Below, in pieces: positions 1-12,549 of a stretch of 64,000 nt of DNA; position 1 is the stretch's first letter; the number at the start of each line of letters is the position of its first letter. The stretch covers positions 7,254,001-7,318,000 of the forward strand of contig CM106585.1 of the NCBI GenBank assembly GCA_048013815.1. Direction: 5' to 3'. A model generated the notes under the pieces. The model was not told where the DNA came from. It did not search any database and saw only the letters and a program-made list of their open reading frames with translations. The translations under genes and the position numbers were made by a program. Source of the stretch: Setoptus koraiensis (taxonomy: Eukaryota; Animalia; Arthropoda).

Positions 1-258
1 AACAACAACAAGCTCGCCAACAACAACACCGACACCAACTGTGACAGGTCCGAAATAACACGCCAGACGCCAAGCTGCAACATAGCTGTACTTTGACTAT
101 CCATAAACAGCTATGTGTGGCGCTGCTGTGAAAAACGATGATGAAAAAGTGTGTCAACTCGCTTATCTATCACTATCTGTGCCGCTGGATCCCGTAAGTT
201 GCGGGCTGTAACAGCGATCCGCGGATGAGCTTGGCCTGTTCAAACACACACACACACA

Positions 259-312
259 CCATCGGAGCCATTGGAGCCATCGGAACCACTGGAGCCACTG
301 GAACCACTGGAA
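259..312. repeat. 9-bp minisatellite (CCAYYGGAR) x6
   Basis: Units ccatcggag/ccattggag/ccatcggaa/ccactggag/ccactggaa/ccactggaa read directly from the sequence. Confidence 0.9.
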
Positions 313-680
313 GCACAGGTACACGTCAAATGGTCGATATTCTCGATAAAGTTAAGCTTGTTTGTGCAACCTGTCGCCTTTGTTTGGTTCTCATCAAAAG
401 TCAAACGTTGGCCCCACAACGAATGCACGGTGCACCTGTTGCACTTAAGTGTACTGTTAAACATGATGACAATAAATGTAATAATTACCATTGGCAATAA
501 ACAATGTTTTTTGTGGTCGCCACTTTCAATTCACAATTGCTTGACAATGACAACAACTACATGTTACATGATAGTAACTAGTTGACGAGAGTCCTGTTAC
601 ATGATACTGACAATTGTGAGCGTCGCAAAGTGGAAAAGCCCCGCCGAGTGCCTTGGTCTCCCGCAAACTATCACACTTTC

Positions 681-743
681 CTCGATCTGCTCGGTCTGCT
701 CGGTCTGCTCGATCCGCTCGATCCGCTCGATCCACTCGATTCA
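681..743. repeat. 9-bp minisatellite (CTCGRTYYR) x7
   Basis: Units ctcgatctg, ctcggtctg x2, ctcgatccg x2, ctcgatcca, ctcgattca. Confidence 0.9.
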
Positions 744-1074
744 CAAGTATGCAGCCTTGTGAGTGAATATCGAGCGCACATTGGCCGCTGTCACTTGATA
801 TTCGCCTTTTTGGCCGCTCATATTCAACATATTCATTATTCACTTGTGGATTCGCTTGGTGTGATCGGTCGAGGTCACAGCACATCTAGTTCTGACAAAC
901 ATTGTGAACACACGAAAACATGAAAGTGTCAATGCTCAAAAAATATGCCCACCAAATGTGATATGTTTTGTGTGTGATTTGTCGTTGGCACAACACAGTT
1001 TGTCACGCTTTCAAACGGGACATGACAGCCTCACCGGGGTATCTCACTACTAGTAACTCATTACTATTGACTCA

Positions 1075-1095
1075 CTACTAGTGAGTCACTAGTAG
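1075..1095. repeat. Perfect 10-bp inverted repeat with 1-nt spacer
   Basis: ctactagtga-g-tcactagtag, set within several CTAG/ACTAG motifs. Confidence 0.85.
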
Positions 1096-4000
1096 CAAAT
1101 TGCTAGTAAGCAGTGACAAGTTGCTGAAGAGCCGTCACGGGACTCAAAAGTCAAATATGGCGCCAATATTTGCGAAAAAGTTTGCGTCACATTTTAGACA
1201 AACCGCACATCCGTCCAACAACGCGACTAGCCTAGTTTCACTAGGTAAGCTTGTTACACCAATTCGGGTTCGTAATCATCACCATCGGCTCACCTGTCGT
1301 AGACTATGCGATGGGGCTCGCTGACAGTTTAGCCACCATATCGCACCCAACTGACAGCTTGATAGTTGGTGGCAAGCGCGAAACTGTGTCCGATGGACAC
1401 AAGTCATTTGTGACAAGCGGCGGCGACTGGTCGTCGAGTCGCGTCTCGCCGAGTGTCGCAATTGTTGTCCGTGCTTACATGCACCTTATAAGGTGTCGCT
1501 TGGGCTTGGCCGGAGTGTTTGTTTATGCTGCCAACAAGAAATGTTCGAGATTCTCAAAAAGCGAATATTTATGATGCTTTGCATCGTGCTATTCACGACA
1601 GCACGATCATGACCATCATGATGACCATGATGACGACGATGAAGTTGTTTAGACTAACAATGTAACTGACATCCAATGGGAAATGGCGATAAATAAATGT
1701 TTATTGCTATTTATCGCCAGGCGGTGCGCAGCCCAGAAACACTTTTGCTGTCGAAGCAAACACTTGTGGCTGTTGCAACAAGTCAAGGCTATTGTATGGC
1801 GATAATAATGATAATCTTGTATCTGTTGTGATGTTTGTGTTAGGTGAAGCGAAGTAAGCTCCTTCTATCTGTGTTGCACGCATACTAATATATTCGGCTC
1901 ACTTTTCGGCTGGCCAGCTCCTCGAGAGAGAAGCGTCCTCGCGAGAGAGGGAGAGAGAGAGAGAGAGAGAGCCTCTCGGACGCAAGCGGTCGGACAGGGC
2001 GACAATAGCTTATTAGTTGCCACGCAAAAAAGCCATCATTTTATGTTGTCAGACAAACAAATATTACAACATGTCAATGCGTACAAATACATCCTTGTGT
2101 GTTTGTTTGCTTCTGGTGTTGCTGCGCAGCGTCATTGTCCGACAATGGCCACCGTTTATTGTGTGATATATGATATACGACGACACCGACTAGTTGCTGG
2201 TGTCGCTGTTGCGCAACCACTGTTCTTTCTGTTTATATATGGCCAAACTGCCGAATAATAACCAACTTTGTTGTTCTTGCCGAATATATGCCACTAATTG
2301 AGTACAGTGCAGTGGCCACTCTAACAGCTCGACACAACAACAAGCACCAACAGAACAGATTAACCATCGCCAACGACTACACATACGATAGCCACCATCT
2401 TGTCAATCTTGTGTTTGCCTGGCCCAACCTGACAACTGGCCATTCCGAGGGGCACCAGCGCTCGTTTCAGCCAATTTCGTTTCGGTTACCTTGCAGTCAG
2501 ATTGAGATTAACAGTTGACTCTATACGTTACGAGTCTATAATGTGAATTGACTGATTGAATCGCCTGAGAAATCTCTAGCCAACAATATTTAGCAAGCGT
2601 GTGCAAATTGTGCAATACACATACACTGTTGGAGTACGAATTACACAAAATTTGCAACCTCGCAAATTGTGCCATCTTCATTATATCTCATTGAACTTTT
2701 GCCTGTATACATACCCTCTGCTTATATGGTGCATATATGGTCTATCTGGCTGGCAAATGATAACAACAAGTGCACTACACAACAATTAATTAGCTTAAGG
2801 AATGCGAATGCCAATCTTGATCTTTACCAGAGAGCCAATGATTAGTGGGAAAAGAATATCACGGACTCAAGTGATTATTGCAAATGAATCTTTTGTGCTA
2901 GTGCCGCAAACATCTTAATCACTGTGTGATCATGATTGAGATGAGATTATAATCATCATTATCATTGTCTTGTCGTTAGTGTAGGCACACTCGGTCTAGG
3001 TCGTCGGTGTTGTTGTTGCTGTTGTTGTTGTTGTTGCTGCTGTTGCACTTGTGGCGCTTGTTGCGCCGCAAAGAGAATGAAATGATAGTAATAGGGAGCA
3101 GCATATGTGGATCATCATGTGCAACACCATAACACACCAGATAAGAGATCCACAAACAGCAACAACAACAACAACAACAACAATACTAACTAGACAGAGA
3201 TCATCGTCCAGCCAATTGGTGCTCTATGGGTGCCCAAGTGAACTTGACTTGTGTGGCTTCCAATGCCCACAAATACCACCGATACACACCGAGTGGTAGT
3301 GAAACAACAACGTTGGCGTACACTTGTTGCGTCGTATGTGTGCTGTTGCAATCGTGTGTCCAATCAACCATCAACTGTATAAAAGATGGCGGTAATTAAA
3401 CGGCCGGCCAATATGTTTGGCGCCAGATATCTTTCAATTAGCTTCCATTTAGCCAACTCAATCAATAGACAGATTAGCAATTCACAATGGTGCATGAGAC
3501 GAACCTCCTGCAAGAACAACCGGTGTGTGTGTTGTTGCCTCAATGGAAACCTCGGCGTCTCGTAACAATATTTAATTTGGAATTTGAAATCGCTCGCCGG
3601 TGTGTGTACAATCCATCATTACCAACCTGACAAACTGCGACTATTAGATGCATTGGACGTATTAGATGCACCAGAGATGGATAATAATCGTGAAGGAACA
3701 GAGCGAGAGAGAGACAACCAGTTTGCATCGTGATTTAACTTGATTGATCTAGTTTCCCTCTTGTTCCCTCCTATTTGCGTTCGCTCTCTATTATTATACC
3801 GCCTACATTGCTCTAATAGTAATCCTACCTTTGGCAATATCATCATGATCACACTGATGACAGTGTGTGTATATGCAGACGCACAAACACTGAAAATAGT
3901 TTTGGGCAAAGTGTAAGTGAGTGATCAATCATATCATCAAGAAATGAAGATTCTTGCGAGATTTCAGATCCACTTCCACTTGTTGATGTTGTTATATTGT

Positions 4001-4424
4001 GTGCAGTGTGTGTCTCACAACTATCAAACTCTGCGGTGTATATATCGTGTTGCTGTTGTTGTTGTTACTGTTGTTGTTGTTGTTATAACCTCAACAGGTT
4101 AACTATTCTTTATTCATTCTTCGCCTAGTCTTTGTGTACTATTGCTAGCCCTTAACGAATCTTCATCGAATGATTTGAAATTTCCAACAATCTATTTCAT
4201 TCAATGGTGACTCATTGGACAACGTTAGACGCTAGTAGTAGGCATCTATTCTCGTGTATTCGATCATGTATCATCGATGGTGTGCTCCTCCAATAGATTA
4301 AATATTCAATGTATAAATGTGTTCATAGCTGAAAACGTTCGTCCAATGTTTGGTGCTGATTGCTACAAGCACGACTCCTGATGTAATACTATATACAAGA
4401 TGCTGCTAATTCCCATCTTGGCCC

Positions 4425-4499
4425 ATCTGGCAGTATTTTGCAGTATCTGGCAGTGTTTTGCAGTATCTGGCAGTGTTTTGCAGTATCTGGCAGTATCTG
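4425..4499. repeat. 20-bp tandem repeat built from 10-bp subunits (cagtatctgg/cagtgttttg)
   Basis: Direct reading: about 3.7 copies of cagtatctggcagtgttttg. Confidence 0.9.
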
Positions 4500-5863
4500 A
4501 CGGTATCCCATAGCAGATGCTGAGATAACGATGATGGCAATAACACGGGTGTAGTAGTGCTAAATCCCTATTGATTAGTTTCTTTATCCTATCTTGCCTC
4601 TAGAGTTGCCAGTTCCATGTCAAATAGGTGCCCATGTTCTTAGGTTGCTATTCGTCGGCTGGTTCGTTCGTTCGTTTGTTTGTTTGTTTGTGTGTGTTAT
4701 AGCTATTGTAGTATGTTATATATGTAAACAAAATGGAGCGGAATGGAGCTTCGTTTTGAAAATGATTGATCATTTAATCATTGATGCACAACAAGTTTAT
4801 AATTATCAATTAGAACAAGTGAAGGTGCTGCCAATCAGCGGCGATCATGGTGGCTAGCAAGCGTGCATTATATATACTGTATTTTCTGTATATATTTCAT
4901 CATCATTGTTACAAAGATCGACAACGATCAAGCATACACAAACAATTTGTACATGTGTAGGGTTGCTGCTATTTATCTGCTTGAATAAATAACCACCACA
5001 ACTACTGACAACTAACCACTTTTTGCTGTTGCTGTTGTTGCTACTGCTGTCAAACATCCAAACCAATCGCATATCGGCAATATATTGGCTTGGTAAAAGA
5101 ATCGGCTTCTTGGTTTTCTTGAAAAACTGTATCAATCACAATTGTACATGACTGGCAAGCGTGCCAACTGATCGAGTGTCTTGAAATAGATCAAAATAAC
5201 ACAAATGCATGTCCATGATCAATGAAGATGAACAATGAGTCACACATGTTAAATGCATAAACACCAAACCACGATGCCACCCAAACGTTTTCACGAACAA
5301 TAACACTTGGAATGCCACTCAATCTCCAGGGGTCCAATCGCTAGTCCAGTTGATGTTGTTGCTGTTGTTGTTCGCATTGCTGTTGGTCCATCTTTGCATC
5401 ACTGCTCCATCACAGTCGGCCTCCGGGGTGCTGTCATCTTGTTTTGCCACTTCTTCTTTTTTCTTTTTCTAAAACAAAGCAAGCTCATCATCATAGATCG
5501 AGATTGAATAACATGGTGAGCTTAGCATAATTATTAACACACCCAATTAGATAAATCTTGACCCATGTTTTCGAAAGAAACTATGACAAACAAATCTGCC
5601 ATAGGCAAACGCGCGCCATAAAATTTGTGCAGCTTGCGCATTATCTCACGACGCACGTTTCTCTTTCTCTGTGCGTGTTTTCTTTTTACGAATCATCTGA
5701 TGGTTAAATCACCACGTTGCTGTTTATTTTTTATTATTTCTTCGTGATTTATTACATCCATGCTGTAGACCCCATATTTATCACCATATTTAATTATAAC
5801 AATGTCACCATTAATCACCTGATTGATTACTCGATCATAATTACTGCTGGTGGCTTGTTAACA

Positions 5864-6628
5864 ATGGACACAAACACCATTCATATTATTCTTGCCAAGG
5901 CCAACAGTTGTCAATGGAACAATGACGATTATGTTATCTGTGATATTAAAATTAGAGCAATGGATCCAAAAACCATACAACAAAACCGTCATACAGATTA
6001 TCAACAAAAAGCCAATCACAATATTGTTGTAACGAGCACCATTATCGACTCTCACACCCTATTCAAGGTAATACACGAGCTGAGATGTTCGCAAAAGTTT
6101 CGCAATGGCTTGGCCAGAAAGGTGCGCCACGATAGGCAATTTAAATTTGGACAAGGCGTTAATGGCGACAATTATCATCACGTTGAGGTGGCCACGGTGC
6201 TAGTCCAAGCCAATACGGTCCTACCTATCGATTATAACTGGACCGTGAGAGTGCTAAATGTTGCATTAGGCAGGGTGATTCTGGAGGATTGTTATTCATG
6301 GCTCTCAACATTAGGCGGAGCATTCTCGTCGCTCGGAGAGGACTTCGATGAATTCTCAATTAAAGCAGGCCTATTAGCTGCTCAAAAACAATTTAAATTG
6401 GCCCTGCTTCTCGGAGACGAAAGATTGTTGGCCAAATGTCATTTATTTGTGTCATTATCATTATGTCAACTTGGCAGAAAAAGACAATGCGTGAGACATC
6501 TCAGGAATGTAGTCATTCCATATCTTAGTTCTTTGCCCAAAATTGATAATGTATTGAAGAATATGTATCTGCACATTTTATTTAGATTGAAAAATCCATT
6601 CAAGCAAAAATTTATAGATTCAAAATAG
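5864..6628 (+). CDS. DUF4807-family protein (C. elegans F58A4.6-like), apparently intronless
   Basis: C-terminal block EDCYSWLSTLGGAFSSLGE...KQFKLALLLGDERLLAKCHLFVSLSLCQLG matches the family as I recall it. First in-frame ATG is 5864; the ORF track starts at an upstream TTG. Confidence 0.7.
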   Translation: MDTNTIHIILAKANSCQWNNDDYVICDIKIRAMDPKTIQQNRHTDYQQKANHNIVVTSTIIDSHTLFKVIHELRCSQKFRNGLARKVRHDRQFKFGQGVNGDNYHHVEVATVLVQANTVLPIDYNWTVRVLNVALGRVILEDCYSWLSTLGGAFSSLGEDFDEFSIKAGLLAAQKQFKLALLLGDERLLAKCHLFVSLSLCQLGRKRQCVRHLRNVVIPYLSSLPKIDNVLKNMYLHILFRLKNPFKQKFIDSK

Positions 6629-7056
6629 ATATATTCGAGGAATAGTACCACTGTTGATAAAAGATCAACTTTCAAGAATCATACTGGCCAGACATCCATT
6701 TAACTATTTCATATTATCTTATATCATGCAATTATTATTATCTTTGGAATCTTAGAGTCTATGCAGTGTATCATCGTTAGGTGATTGTATGCAATATCGA
6801 GCGCCGTTCTAGGAATTCATCAGATTACTGGGCAGACCTTTTTCACACGGACATCTAGGTTCGACTGCCAGGAAATTGCCTTCTCGGCACAACTATTCTG
6901 ACAACTGCACAAACAAAAATCAGGAAAAACCTCTCCGCCGTGACTATGATTGAAATGTGTGTCGAAGTTTATTCATTGCAATGATGACACTAACTTGATT
7001 ATGTTTTATATATTCGAGTTGCCTCTAGATTAATGGATGTCCTCAGCAATAATCTA

Positions 7057-7949
7057 TCATTTGCCCAGGCTGGGATCGCGCTTTGAACTAACAAAAGCTT
7101 TGAATCTGTCGGGAGATAGAGAATATATCGATTAGTGACCAACATAGACGCAACCAAAGTGTTCACGTAGAACAAAACTACTCTCGAGTAATAGCGAGGA
7201 TCAACTTACCTAACTATTGCCTCATCACTGACCGAGTGGTAGGTGGGCAAACTTTTCTTAACTCGATCTATATATGCCACTAATGATTTAAATTCACTCA
7301 AATCATAGTCGCATACTTCGCTCAAAGTTAGACCGCTGACAATTGAGACATCTGCAACAGTGAGGTTATTACCGGTGGAAAATTGTTTCCCTGTGACAAT
7401 ATCATCCAAATGTTTCAGAACATTTTTGAATTCTTTCTCATTCGCCTCATCCAACTCAGGGTTGCCGAAAATAAATGGTTTCAGCAATTCGCTTTGGGCC
7501 TTATACAATTTAGTTAAATCCCAATTAAGCATCATGTCGACTTTAGCTCTTTGAACCGGATCTTTCGGGTACAGCGAATCATCTTTGCCGTATTTATTAA
7601 CCAAGTAGGTGATAATAACACGACTGATTTTGTGCAGCGTAAGAGTGATAAATAAAATTGTTGGTGTAGTTAGAGCATAAAATATAAAAAGAATGAGAAA
7701 GATAGAAATTACATACATGAGAAGACATTAGGTCGTTAGGTAAGCTAACCTTTCGTAGAGAACCAGATCCCCATCCACAATAGTTGGAACAGTGTGTTGC
7801 GGATTTATCTTGAGAAATTCTTCACTCAATTGTTCACCTTTAGCTAAGTCAAGGTATTTCTTGTTTAGCTCTATGCCAAGCTTATCGGCTACCAATTCAA
7901 CGGTTCGACATGGTGGGCTCTCCGGCATATAGTAAAAGTCGACAGGCAT
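7057..7949 (-). CDS. GstD: Glutathione S-transferase, delta class; exons 7949-7750, 7623-7210, 7105-7057 (220 aa)
   Basis: MPVDFYYMPESPPCR, NPQHTVPTIVDGDLVLYES|RVIITYL, RAKVDMML, LTVADVSI are typical delta/epsilon GST motifs. Two GT-AG introns keep the frame (total 663 nt). Confidence 0.9.
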
Positions 7950-8497
7950 GTTTGTTTAGATGTTGATTACTCAAAAATTCAGGTATATTCTTGATTAATT
8001 TTGACCTTAGTCCAGTTGTTACTAACTTTTCTTACTCTCAAAGCCAAAAAATGACATTCATTGATATCGAGGCTTAGATTTGATTGTTATTTGACGCGTT
8101 ACGGTGGCTAGAGTGACGAGTAGTTAGCCAGATATTAGAATTGTTGTCATAGTAACTCGTGATTCAAGGCCACCTGCTTGAAACTATCCCTATCTTGTTG
8201 ATAAGAAACAAGTGGTTTGTTGCCGCGAAAAGGGCGCTTTCGCTGTATCTCCCGTGCGATCACGCAATTTCTCTCGTAGCATCGTGACTTTTTCGAAGAC
8301 GAAGTTTGTTTTTTCCCCAGCCATTGCATTATCGTTCTACACAATGATAATGGGGAAGGGAGAGAGAGAGAGTCGGCCGAGACCAATCCCACTTTTGGAA
8401 TACGTCGGGAGGGAATGCAGCACTCCCCCGCCTCCCAACGTCAAGGTCATGCCGCATGACTCGAGCAATATGACTGTTGAAGATTGCAGCACCATTG

Positions 8498-8756
8498 GTG
8501 TTGCGGGCGGATTGCCGCCCAGGGCGGGCATGCCCAATTTTGAGCGGCTTCGGGCGGCTTGGGCGGCGAATTTAGGGGCCCCAGTTGCATCAAATAGCCA
8601 GAATCATTTACAACTTGTTGGTTTGTACTATCTAAAACGGAAATATTTAGATCTCACCCAATATTACTAAACTATTCATCGCCCCAAGCCGCTCAGCCGC
8701 CCAAAACCGCCCATAATTGGGCATTCCCAGCTTGGGCGGCAATCTGCCCGCAGCAC
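8498..8756. mobile_element. MITE-like foldback element: ~75-bp GC-rich imperfect inverted arms around a ~100-bp AT-rich spacer
   Basis: Left arm gtgttgcgggcggattgccgcccagggcgggcatgcccaattttgagcggc... aligns with the reverse complement of the right arm gtgctgcgggcagattgccgcccaagctgggaatgcccaattatgggcggt... at roughly 80% by eye. No clear target-site duplication found. Confidence 0.55.
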
Positions 8757-10199
8757 TGAGCACCAGCAATGCACCTGGGCGAAGTTCATTTTCATTCCAC
8801 CAGGAGCGCAAAGAGCGTGTTTTGATGCACACACAAGCGTGCAATGTTAGGTTAAATGTTTATTTATTTGGATTCAATAAAGCATTCATTTTACATTGTT
8901 AGCTGATGAGGTCAAGTGTTTTTCATCGCCAGGTAGCGCCAGGTTATTGTGAGCTATCCTGCAGATACGCGCCCCGCAAGATCAACTGCTGCTTGCTAGA
9001 ACTGCTTATAAAATTCCGCGTGCACCGCCCTGGCGGAATAAAAATGAACTCCGCAAAAGGACGATAAAAAAACGCACGTTCACAAGGCAAGCCGGGTATA
9101 TCTACGGACTGAGAGGAACCCGAACAAATATTTATCCGTTTTGTTTTGGTTGGTTCCTATTCCGCCAAAATTTGGCCAAATGCATCATCTCAAAAGTGGC
9201 ACGGACAAGATACAAGAGACTAACCCGCTTATTGGCTCTCACAATTGCACTTTGTGGGTCGGCGTGTCTGCCAAATAACGATCCCTGGCAAGGTCCAGAA
9301 AAGACCAGAATAATCCGGAATGGAAAATTAAATTGAGTAAACGGTTTTTTATTTCTCAGAGATCTACAAAATAACGCCGTTGGGAAAAAATCCGATAGTT
9401 TTCAATATCTAGGTAATCTTGTCAGCGGTATTCAGCTAGTCACAAGATGTCACCGAGAAGCTGATCAAATCATCATCACAATGTTTGCACAAGCACAATG
9501 GCAGTTAATAACCATAACACATATCTCATCTAGAGGGAAAAATTGTTAAATGCACCGAGCATGGCCCATAGTTCACGACCTGCTTATTTGTCTAAAATGC
9601 AAGTGTTTGTATTGACAAGGATCTTCCAATGACAGTGGTCAGACCTGACTTTAGCCGTATATGACTCTAACCGTTTATTGCCGTTGACTAATTGATTGGA
9701 ACAGTATAAATATTGATGTTATCGACTAGAAATTCTACGAATTAACACGATCAGACTTGTGCCTACTGTTGGTATTTGGTATGATGTCAGTTGTGTACTA
9801 ACTATTGTGACTAGGTTGGCACGCAGCATATGTTGTTATTGTTGAATAAACAAACATGATTGAAATTCTCATTCACTTGGCACCTACATGCATAGCTTAA
9901 TTATCCGGCAATTATCATTCTATTTGGAGATATCAAGCATGACAGCATTCATTTTATCATTTGTGTTTTCAACAACAAATGACTCATCGCGAGAAACAGG
10001 ATTTCTACGTAATCAATTCAATGATAACATAGGCCACCATATTGTTATCCGACAACTTCCAAGACACCCCACGTTCAATGATAATTGATTGGTCTATTAT
10101 ATTAATTGTGATCAGCAATTGCTAATTTGACTTTAAACAGACGAATGCTCTTTGGGGTGCGATCGCAAACCATTGATGCATTGACAGCATTAAATAACC

Positions 10200-11804
10200 A
10201 TGGCCTCGACCAAATCACATTACTTGACAAGAACTGCTCTCATCATAGCTGTGATTGTTTTCATGATACTACTATTGCTAATTGGGACCCTCACATACAT
10301 ATATTTCTTTTGGCCTAGTATTGTACATCAACAAATCAACGAGATTGTCTTGATAAAAAATGGAACGGAATCCATGGATAGATTCAAATCAACCAAGAGC
10401 ACAAAGATCCATATGACGTTCTGGTTGTTCAATGTGACCAATCCCGATGAGGTGCAAAATAACGGAAGCAAACCAAATCTAGTTGAAGTAGGACCGTTTG
10501 TGTTTTCTGAACTGAAAGACAAAATTTTTTTGAAAAATGACCAAGAAGCAGGTTTCATAACCTATAAACTAAATCGACAATGGTTCTTTGAACCTGAACT
10601 ATCAAAGTTTGATCTCAATACACCCATAACTATGATAAATGTGCCCCTTCTAGTTACTACATACATGTTGGATCAAATGCGCTTCAATAACTTTTTATAT
10701 CCAATCATGAATGGTATTGTCAGGGCCCATCCCGAGGAAAAAGCTTTTATCACCGACTCTGCTATCAATTTCCTTTTTGATGGATCGTACCGCAAAATAA
10801 TGGATACTATAAAACTTTTACCTGGAACTCCTAAACCTTGGCCAATGAAAGATGATAAATTTGGCTATTTCTTTGATAGAAACAACACTTTTGATATGAA
10901 GCTAGATGGAATTTTAACGCAGTCTACAGGAGCGGGGTCAGCTACATCTTTGGAGCAGATCGGCCAACTTGTAGAGAGAAATTATAACGATAAGCTGGAA
11001 TTCTGGCAAAACAATACTTCCTCATGCAACGCCCTCCATGTTTCAATGGGAGAAATATATCCCCCTTTCTCTCTTTCAACTGCACCAAATATTACTCTGT
11101 TCTCCAATGATCTATGCCGGAAGATAACTCTGAAAAGAGTTGGTCCAGTCATGCTTAAAGGCATAAATTCAGTCAAGTATGAAGCTGACGAATCTAACTT
11201 TCAAAGTATAAGTAAAAATACAGCCAACAGATGCTATTGTATGGGCAAAACCGCAAAAGACCAATATTGGTGCCTTCAAGATGGTCTACTTGATATGCAA
11301 ACTTGCCAGCAACCAGGGATATACGCATCATATCCCTACTTCTACATGGGATCTCCAAACCTCTCTGATCATGTCACGAATCTGCCGAAGCCTGACCATG
11401 ATAAGGATTCTACCTTCGTTATTTTGGAACCTAATTCTGGCAGTGCGATTGCCTTTCAAGCCCGATTCCAGATGAATGCAAGAATCAGACCGAATAAATT
11501 GAACATCTTCAATTTTATTAGCGAGGAGTACATGGTGCCATTGATGCATATGAAAGAATCGGGCGAGATCAGCGACATTATGGCTAAGGATGTATCAACT
11601 AAACTAGAGTTCCTCAATTATTGGATAGTGGCAGCTATTCTATCGCTAATAGCATTTGTTGTTATTATTCTTTTCTCAAGTTTTTCAATCCTCCTGGTTT
11701 ATATCTGCAAATGCGACGATGACAAAAATGGCGAAAGAGTGCCTCTATTAACTAATCAACAGGAATATGAACCGCAAGAACAAATTACTGAACAACTAGG
11801 CTAA
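10200..11804 (+). CDS. CD36-family class B scavenger receptor (LIMP-2/SCARB2-like), single exon, 534 aa
   Basis: N- and C-terminal TM helices; motifs FWLFNVTNPDEV, KPNLVEVGPFVF and YASYPYFY; Cys-rich ectodomain; many N-glycosylation sequons; cytosolic tail with ERVPLL. Confidence 0.92.
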   Translation: MASTKSHYLTRTALIIAVIVFMILLLLIGTLTYIYFFWPSIVHQQINEIVLIKNGTESMDRFKSTKSTKIHMTFWLFNVTNPDEVQNNGSKPNLVEVGPFVFSELKDKIFLKNDQEAGFITYKLNRQWFFEPELSKFDLNTPITMINVPLLVTTYMLDQMRFNNFLYPIMNGIVRAHPEEKAFITDSAINFLFDGSYRKIMDTIKLLPGTPKPWPMKDDKFGYFFDRNNTFDMKLDGILTQSTGAGSATSLEQIGQLVERNYNDKLEFWQNNTSSCNALHVSMGEIYPPFSLSTAPNITLFSNDLCRKITLKRVGPVMLKGINSVKYEADESNFQSISKNTANRCYCMGKTAKDQYWCLQDGLLDMQTCQQPGIYASYPYFYMGSPNLSDHVTNLPKPDHDKDSTFVILEPNSGSAIAFQARFQMNARIRPNKLNIFNFISEEYMVPLMHMKESGEISDIMAKDVSTKLEFLNYWIVAAILSLIAFVVIILFSSFSILLVYICKCDDDKNGERVPLLTNQQEYEPQEQITEQLG

Positions 11805-12549
11805 ATTCAAACAGTTTTGGTAGACCCTTCTCACATCGCATGTTGAAACTTATGTTGCTCACGAAAGTTAGATCAGTATAATTATTTTTCGAATTATAAT
11901 GTTTACTTTTGTCCGGCCATGTGTATTTTAATGATATAAATGACATACTCTATGATGAGTGCAATGCTTGATAGCGGAAAGAATAGTTCATATGGACTGC
12001 TTTTCTTGGGAACATCCTGTGAGCCTAATACAATGAAACTGGTTGAACGGCCACAAATTTCAATTCAGTGATCGGCGCACCCTTAAAAATACAGTGGGAA
12101 TTTCTCATTATAGGATTGAAATGTGAATTATTCACATTATCTATAAATATCAATCTTACGAAATAACAGTAGCAATTTCAAATCACTCGCGTCCGAATTT
12201 TCAATTTCACTGTAGTTATCATTATCTGCCCAGATAATTTATCACCTACAAAATCAAAGCATTCATGGCGATCCGCATGTTCTTGAACTTACAAGCTTGT
12301 TAGCTTGCAAAACGAAGATATTTTCGGTCTGATTTATCGCCACCATAATGTCGCATAATGTGAAGTGGAAATTGACGTACGAAAATGATGAAATAAGGCA
12401 TGCCACATCGGCTTGATGGTTGTGCATGATTTTCACAATGAATTCAATTTGATTTATCTACTTAGGGTGTTAGTCTAGTGCGTCAGCAAAATAACAACAA
12501 AATGAAACAAACAATTGAGTAAAGAACAATTAACAACCATCTCTGTTTA

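Noticed and set aside
225-500. Collagen-like Gly-X-Y run (GAIGAIGTTGATGTTGSTG)
   Set aside because: Only six triplets, produced by a 9-bp minisatellite; no signal peptide or flanking collagen sequence.
4377-4390. 14-nt match (minus strand AGTATTACATCAGG) to the mature miR-12 sequence as I recall it
   Set aside because: Seed position and 3' end do not match and no precursor hairpin is evident; a match of this length is plausible by chance.
2200-5500. Scattered exon-like open frames on the minus strand (e.g. 4854-5120, 3619-3909)
   Set aside because: No recognisable domain and no consistent splice-phase model; cannot be supported without RNA-seq.
6858-6866. Pol III B-box-like GGTTCGACT
   Set aside because: No A-box, acceptor stem or cloverleaf around it, so not called as a tRNA.
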